Positions 59,121-64,000 of a stretch of DNA of 64,000 bases are shown piece by piece. Under the pieces are notes generated by a model that was not told the origin of the DNA, searched no databases, and saw only the letters and a list, made by a program, of their open reading frames with translations. A program made the position numbers and the translations under genes. Source of the stretch: Pirellula sp. (GTDB lineage: Bacteria > Planctomycetota > Planctomycetia > Pirellulales > Pirellulaceae); the NCBI GenBank assembly GCA_046318495.1, contig JBKCUI010000344.1, positions 1,600-65,599 of the forward strand, in the 5' to 3' direction. Numbering within the stretch: position 1 is the stretch's first letter; each line of letters starts with the position of its first letter.

Positions 59121-60977
59121 ATGGCCACGTACCTCGTCGTCACACGCGGTAACGAAACAAACACGCGATTTCCCCTCAATTCCGAGGTGGAAAACCGCAT
59201 CGGACGGGGTATGGAATGCCAAGCCCAACTGGGGGATCCCCTCAGCTCCCGCGTGCACGCCAAAATCGTCTTCAAAAACGGCCAGTGGAAAGTCATCGAC
59301 GAAGGCTCGCGAAACGGCACCCTCGTCAACGGCTCGAAAATCGATGTCGCCGCCCTAGCCAACGGCCACCGCATCCGCATCGGCAACACCGAACTGCAAT
59401 TCGTCGACGATACGATCACCGAAGACGTCACCGTCGAACGCCTCAAGGAATCGCACGATCTGGTGCCCATCGGCGACGACCTGTCGTCCGATTTCATGGT
59501 CACCGGCATGACCGCCTTCAATTCGCTCCGCAACGCGGGCCGAACCGAAGACGTGGGCGTGCTGCACCAACTGTCGGTGCAATGCATCTCTGTATCCAAC
59601 AGCGAAGAACTCGCCCAACTGGGCATCGAAGTCCTCCGCACCCGGACCCAATCCACCGTCGTGGCGTTCCTCGTTGCCAACGAAAACGGTCGACTGGATG
59701 TCAACCGCCAGTATCCGCCTCTTTCCGATACCCCGATCGCCCTCAGCGAACGCTTGACCGAAATGGTCTGCAAGCAATCCAAAGCGGTCTGGGTCAAGAA
59801 CGAAAGCAAAGCCAGCAAGGACGGTCCGATCCGCCATTACGCCGACGCCATCTGCGTGCCGCTGATCGATGGCAAACGGACCATCGGCGCCATCCACTTG
59901 TATCGCGACAAAGAAGTTTTCGCGCCCTTTGCATTGGATTTCGCCATCGCCGCCGCAGGCATTCTGAGCGTCGCATTGGTCCGCGCACGCTCGGCCGAGT
60001 CGCTCCGCATCAGCCACGATCGCTTGCAAGACAAGAACGCGGCCTTCGATGAACTGCTCGGCGAAAGCGACGTGATGAAGGAACTCAAGGAACGCATCGC
60101 CCGCGTTGCCAAAGCCACAGGTAGCATCCTGGTCCGAGGCGAAAGCGGCTCCGGCAAAGAACTCGTGGCCCGCGCGATCCATCGCGCCGGCACGCGGGCC
60201 GATCGCCCCATGCTCAGCGTCAACTGCGCTGCGATCCCCGCCGACCTCATGGAAAGCCAACTCTTTGGCCATGTGAAGGGCGCGTTCACCGGAGCCGAGA
60301 AAGACCACATCGGTTGGTTTCAACAAGCCAACAACAGCACGCTGTTCCTCGATGAGATCGGCGAGATGACGCTTGAGGGACAAGCCAAGTTGCTGCGCAT
60401 TCTCGAAGGTCACCCCTTCCTGCCGGTCGGTGGGCGCAAAGAAGTTAAAGTGGATGTCCGCGTCATCGCCGCCACCAACCGCGATCTCAAGGAGTTCGTC
60501 GCAGAAAAGCGATTCCGAGAAGACTTGTACTACCGGCTGAGCGTCTTCGAAATCAGCGTGCCTCCCCTGCGTCAGCGCGACACCGATATCGGGTTGCTCG
60601 TCGATCACTTCTTCGATCACTTCTCGCGCCAACACGGTCGCAGCGCGCTGAAACTCACCGAAGCCGCACGCGACAAGCTGTTGCGCTACGGCTGGCCGGG
60701 CAACGTCCGCCAACTCCGCAACGTGATCGATAGCGCGGTGGTGCTCGCTGTGGGCAACGAGATTCGCGTCGGGGACTTGACCCTCCACGAGTCGCACGAC
60801 GACATCGATTTCGACACGCTCAACATCGAGCATTGGGAAAAACGCCTCATCGAAGAAGCCATGCGGCGCACCAAGGGCAATATCCCTGAGTCCGCGGAAC
60901 TGCTGGGAATCTCGCGGGCCACGATGTATCGCAAACTCGAAGCCTACGGCATCAAACGGGACGAAGCGCTGCGTTGA
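59121..60977 (+). CDS. Sigma-54-dependent activator with FHA and GAF domains
   Basis: FHA (IGRG, SRVHA, SRNGT), GAF region, GESGSGKE, GAFTGA, FLDEIGE, WPGNVRQL and C-terminal Fis-type HTH. Confidence 0.93.
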   Translation: MATYLVVTRGNETNTRFPLNSEVENRIGRGMECQAQLGDPLSSRVHAKIVFKNGQWKVIDEGSRNGTLVNGSKIDVAALANGHRIRIGNTELQFVDDTITEDVTVERLKESHDLVPIGDDLSSDFMVTGMTAFNSLRNAGRTEDVGVLHQLSVQCISVSNSEELAQLGIEVLRTRTQSTVVAFLVANENGRLDVNRQYPPLSDTPIALSERLTEMVCKQSKAVWVKNESKASKDGPIRHYADAICVPLIDGKRTIGAIHLYRDKEVFAPFALDFAIAAAGILSVALVRARSAESLRISHDRLQDKNAAFDELLGESDVMKELKERIARVAKATGSILVRGESGSGKELVARAIHRAGTRADRPMLSVNCAAIPADLMESQLFGHVKGAFTGAEKDHIGWFQQANNSTLFLDEIGEMTLEGQAKLLRILEGHPFLPVGGRKEVKVDVRVIAATNRDLKEFVAEKRFREDLYYRLSVFEISVPPLRQRDTDIGLLVDHFFDHFSRQHGRSALKLTEAARDKLLRYGWPGNVRQLRNVIDSAVVLAVGNEIRVGDLTLHESHDDIDFDTLNIEHWEKRLIEEAMRRTKGNIPESAELLGISRATMYRKLEAYGIKRDEALR

Positions 60978-60993
60978 TTGCACCGCGCGATGC

Positions 60994-61014
60994 GGACGAT
61001 CGGTATAATCGTCC
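60994..61014 (+). promoter_or_regulatory. Inverted repeat overlapping a perfect -10 box upstream of the arsenic cluster
   Basis: GGACGAT-N7-ATCGTCC spanning TATAAT (61004-61009). Confidence 0.55.
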
Positions 61015-61121
61015 ATTCGAATCGAACGACGTGGCGGGCTGATTTGTGCCCATTCGCGCATCCGCCATCGCTTGTTCCGCACTCCAAACGCCCCGCACTC
61101 CCACTCCAGATGGCTGGACGC

Positions 61122-61805
61122 ATGATGGCTGTCACTCCTGCACAACGAGCCTTGGTCGCGGAATGCTTCGGCACATTCTGCTTGCTCTTCGCCGGAACCG
61201 GGGCAATTGTCATCAACGATGTGTCCGGCGGCGCGATCACGCACCCAGGGATCGCTTGGACATTCGGTGCCATCGTCCTGACGATGATCTACACCCTCGG
61301 CGACGTTTCCGGCTGCCATCTGAATCCAGCCGTCACTCTGGGATTCTGGTTCTCGAAACGCTTCCCCGGCAAACAAGTCATCCCGTACATCGCGGCGCAA
61401 TGCGTCGGAGCTCTGGCCGCCAGTGCGACGCTCCGACTCCTGTTCCCGACCCATGCAACCTTGGGCGCCACGCTGCCTGGAGGCAGCGCGCTCCAGTCGT
61501 GGATCTTGGAATTCTTGCTCACCCTGATGTTGATGGTGGTCATCCTCGGCGTATCGAGCGGCTCGCGCGAAACGGGCTGGTTCGCCGGAATCGCCATCGG
61601 CTCGCTGATCGGGTTGGAAGCCATGTTCGGCGGTCCTATTTCCGGTGCCTCGATGAACCCGGCCCGATCGCTCGCTCCAGCCTTCGTCTCGGGCAAGCTG
61701 GAAAGCCTATGGATCTACCTGACCGCCCCAGTGCTGGGCGCGTTGTGCGGTACCCTCATCGCAGCCGTGATCGCGCCCCCCAAACATGCAAGCGAAACAC
61801 CCTAA
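61122..61805 (+). CDS. MIP family channel (aquaglyceroporin, likely arsenite efflux)
   Basis: HLNPAVT and SMNPARS motifs. Adjacent to the DUF6428 gene and arsC. Confidence 0.9.
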   Translation: MMAVTPAQRALVAECFGTFCLLFAGTGAIVINDVSGGAITHPGIAWTFGAIVLTMIYTLGDVSGCHLNPAVTLGFWFSKRFPGKQVIPYIAAQCVGALAASATLRLLFPTHATLGATLPGGSALQSWILEFLLTLMLMVVILGVSSGSRETGWFAGIAIGSLIGLEAMFGGPISGASMNPARSLAPAFVSGKLESLWIYLTAPVLGALCGTLIAAVIAPPKHASETP

Positions 61806-61841
61806 GCCACTCCCCAATCCTAGAACTGTAGGCAAACGATC

Positions 61842-62297
61842 ATGAACTTGAACGAATGGCTGGCCTTGCTCGAACAACACCCCAATCGGGCCATCCAATG
61901 GCAACTCCCCGACGGAGCCATGATTCCTGCCCACTTCCACGTGACCGAAGTCGGACGCGTGCAAAAAGACTTCATCGATTGCGGCGGTACCGTTCGCTCT
62001 CAATCTGCATGCGTCCTGCAGCTATGGGTAGCTAGCGACACACAACACAGACTGGATACCACCAAACTGGCATCGATCGTCCGCATGGGACTGCGACTGT
62101 TTCCAACCTCGGATTTGCCGGTGGAACTGGAGTACGACGATGGACGATTCTCGCAGTACCCCATCCGCAGCGCGCGCGTTCATCCAGCCAGCCTCTGGGT
62201 CGAACTGGGAACCAAACACACCGCTTGTCTTGCTCCCGATCGATGCGGCGTCGATCCGCAAGACAACGCCTGCTGCTCCACCCCTGGTTGCTGCTGA
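61842..62297 (+). CDS. DUF6428-like protein with Cys-rich C-terminus
   Basis: HFHVTEVG, FIDCGG, QLWVA and CCSTPGCC motifs. Confidence 0.8.
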   Translation: MNLNEWLALLEQHPNRAIQWQLPDGAMIPAHFHVTEVGRVQKDFIDCGGTVRSQSACVLQLWVASDTQHRLDTTKLASIVRMGLRLFPTSDLPVELEYDDGRFSQYPIRSARVHPASLWVELGTKHTACLAPDRCGVDPQDNACCSTPGCC

Positions 62298-62357
62298 TCC
62301 GTGAAACGTCGCCACCAATGCGTGCCGACATATCTCCTCATAAAGTGAACCCGAGCC

Positions 62358-62753
62358 ATGACGTCCAAGAAGAAAGTGCTATTTGTTTGTGTCGAGAACG
62401 CCAATCGCAGCCAGATGGCAGAGGCCTTTGCACGTATCCACGGTGGCGAGGATGTCGCCGCGTATAGCGCCGGATCGCGACCCTCGGGGGTCATCAATCC
62501 TCGCGCCATCGAGTTCATGCGCGAACTCGGCTACGACTTGACCACCCACGATTCCAAAACCCTCGCCGATTTCGATGGCCGAGAGGTCGATGTCGCGGTG
62601 ACCATGGGCTGCGGCGATGCGTGCCCGCTGGTCCTGGCCAAACGCCGCGAGGAATGGCAAATCCCCGATCCCAAGCACATGCCTCCCGACGAGTACCGCG
62701 CGGTGCGCGATCTCATCGAGCAAAAGGTAAAGGACCTCTTGGCATCGCTGTAA
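62358..62753 (+). CDS. arsC: Arsenate reductase, LMW-PTP family
   Basis: LFVCVENANRSQMAEA P-loop, MGCGDACP and WQIPDP. Confidence 0.9.
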   Translation: MTSKKKVLFVCVENANRSQMAEAFARIHGGEDVAAYSAGSRPSGVINPRAIEFMRELGYDLTTHDSKTLADFDGREVDVAVTMGCGDACPLVLAKRREEWQIPDPKHMPPDEYRAVRDLIEQKVKDLLASL

Positions 62754-62883
62754 TCGATCTCTTCCAACTCTCTAAGCGAGCCTGATTCGCCCCAGCGGAT
62801 AAAGAATCAGCCGGGGTTTTGGCGTTAGCACCGGTTGCCGCGCGCCGTGTATTCTCGCGCCAACGCCAATGCCGTTGATCGAA

Positions 62884-64000
62884 TCACTGTAAAGGGATTT
62901 CGTTCACGGTGTAGTACGCATTGCGATGAAGCAACTCCTCGCCATCCAACGAACGCAGACCAGCCAGGTCAAACGCATACACAAATCCTCGCTTGAGCTC
63001 CGGCAACACAACATTCGCCGACAATCCATCTTCCGCCAAGCTCACCGATACGACTTCGGAATCGCTCTTCTCGATCTCCGGTCCGCCATAGCCCGCATGA
63101 TAGGGATGCGTGAAGGACGACACTGCATACGATGCTTTCGCATTCCCGGTGACCGCCTCAACGGGCTTGGTAAACATGATGTGAAAACCGTCCGGAGCAA
63201 TCGTGATGCGTTGAATCTCAAAGGGCATGCGGCCATTCCACTCCACCCGTTCCAGTGCAAAGGGCTTGATCCCCCGCACCGGCCAGCCTCGATTCGTGCC
63301 GCCGCACAGGAGATTGCCACCCGGTGTGAATTCGACGTTGAGGATTCCCGTCGACAGCCCTTCGCGAAACGGATAGCAAGCTCCTTGCCACACGCCGCGC
63401 ACTTGTTCGGTCGTGGCGCGCATGAGGATCGATTGCGTGTAGTCGCCGAAGAACATCTGATTTTCGAACGGACCGAACTTGCCTCCCGTTCGATCCACGT
63501 TGAACGCGGTGATCGATCGCCCCATCCGAATGTAGGGAAAGATCACAGCATACGGCACCAACTGAGGAACACGTTCCTTCTCGGTCGCAATGCGCCCTCC
63601 CGAGTTCGGGGTCGTAGGCACCGGCCCGAGTTCCGGCGAATAGGGATACCAATGAAAGCTCGCCGGATGACCATGAAAACTGCTCGGCGAAACTGCTTTC
63701 AAGCTGCAAGAACAATTCCACGGCCCTTGGCTCTCAATGTAAAACAGGGCATCGTGCTCATCGAATCCGATGCCGCCAGGACTTCGCAATCCGCTGGCGA
63801 ACGCAGTCGTCTTTCCATCCGGAGCGACTTTCATGATGAAGCCGCGATTCAGGGCGTTCGAATAGTACGATGCGGATAGCCCCAACGCCACGAATTGGTT
63901 TCCGTCTGCGTCCAGCTTCGATCCGAATGCGTACTCGTGATAATTCGCGTACCCCCACGCATCCGACAACGTTTCAAACCGATCCGCGATGCCATCGCCG
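62884..64000 (-). CDS. Planctomycete beta-propeller (sorbosone dehydrogenase-like) protein, 5' truncated by window edge
   Basis: Frame open to base 64000 (GDGIADRFETLSDAWG). Contains ASGLRSPGG, ESQGPW and GPFENQMFFGD segments. Confidence 0.7.
   Translation of the reverse strand, partial: GDGIADRFETLSDAWGYANYHEYAFGSKLDADGNQFVALGLSASYYSNALNRGFIMKVAPDGKTTAFASGLRSPGGIGFDEHDALFYIESQGPWNCSCSLKAVSPSSFHGHPASFHWYPYSPELGPVPTTPNSGGRIATEKERVPQLVPYAVIFPYIRMGRSITAFNVDRTGGKFGPFENQMFFGDYTQSILMRATTEQVRGVWQGACYPFREGLSTGILNVEFTPGGNLLCGGTNRGWPVRGIKPFALERVEWNGRMPFEIQRITIAPDGFHIMFTKPVEAVTGNAKASYAVSSFTHPYHAGYGGPEIEKSDSEVVSVSLAEDGLSANVVLPELKRGFVYAFDLAGLRSLDGEELLHRNAYYTVNEIPLQ

Overview
About 64 kb of GC-rich chromosome from a planctomycete, most likely Pirellulales. 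The assignment rests on a PVC-type small basic protein, a DUF1559 prepilin-like gene, two CRTAC1/ASPIC-UnbV genes, an ECF sigma/Ser-Thr kinase pair and a DUF3467 gene. The window is mostly core and metabolic genes (ggt, cobA-hemD, fdxA, rsmD, tRNA-Leu, nusB, maf, uppS, purA, hemQ, sthA, thiSG, acyP, cimA, arsC) mixed with planctomycete-type hypothetical genes. I saw no CRISPR array, prophage, integrase or transposase. The best-supported hidden element is a complete ribosome-dependent attenuator upstream of citramalate synthase (cimA). It has an unlisted 15-aa leader peptide with tandem Ile codons and mutually exclusive protector, antiterminator and terminator helices. Other candidates are an uncharacterised AAA ATPase / binding-protein-OmpA / vWA envelope module, a stand-alone sigma-region-2 protein, an orphan topoisomerase VI B with a duplicated H2TH domain, two adjacent His/Tyr/Gly-rich secreted proteins, and a degenerate HTTM pair. 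Non-coding signals include tandem GntR-like operators, a palindrome over the promoter of an ArsR-less arsenic cluster, and several REP/MITE-like repeats. All family calls come from motif recognition by eye, not from database searches, and start codons are best guesses.
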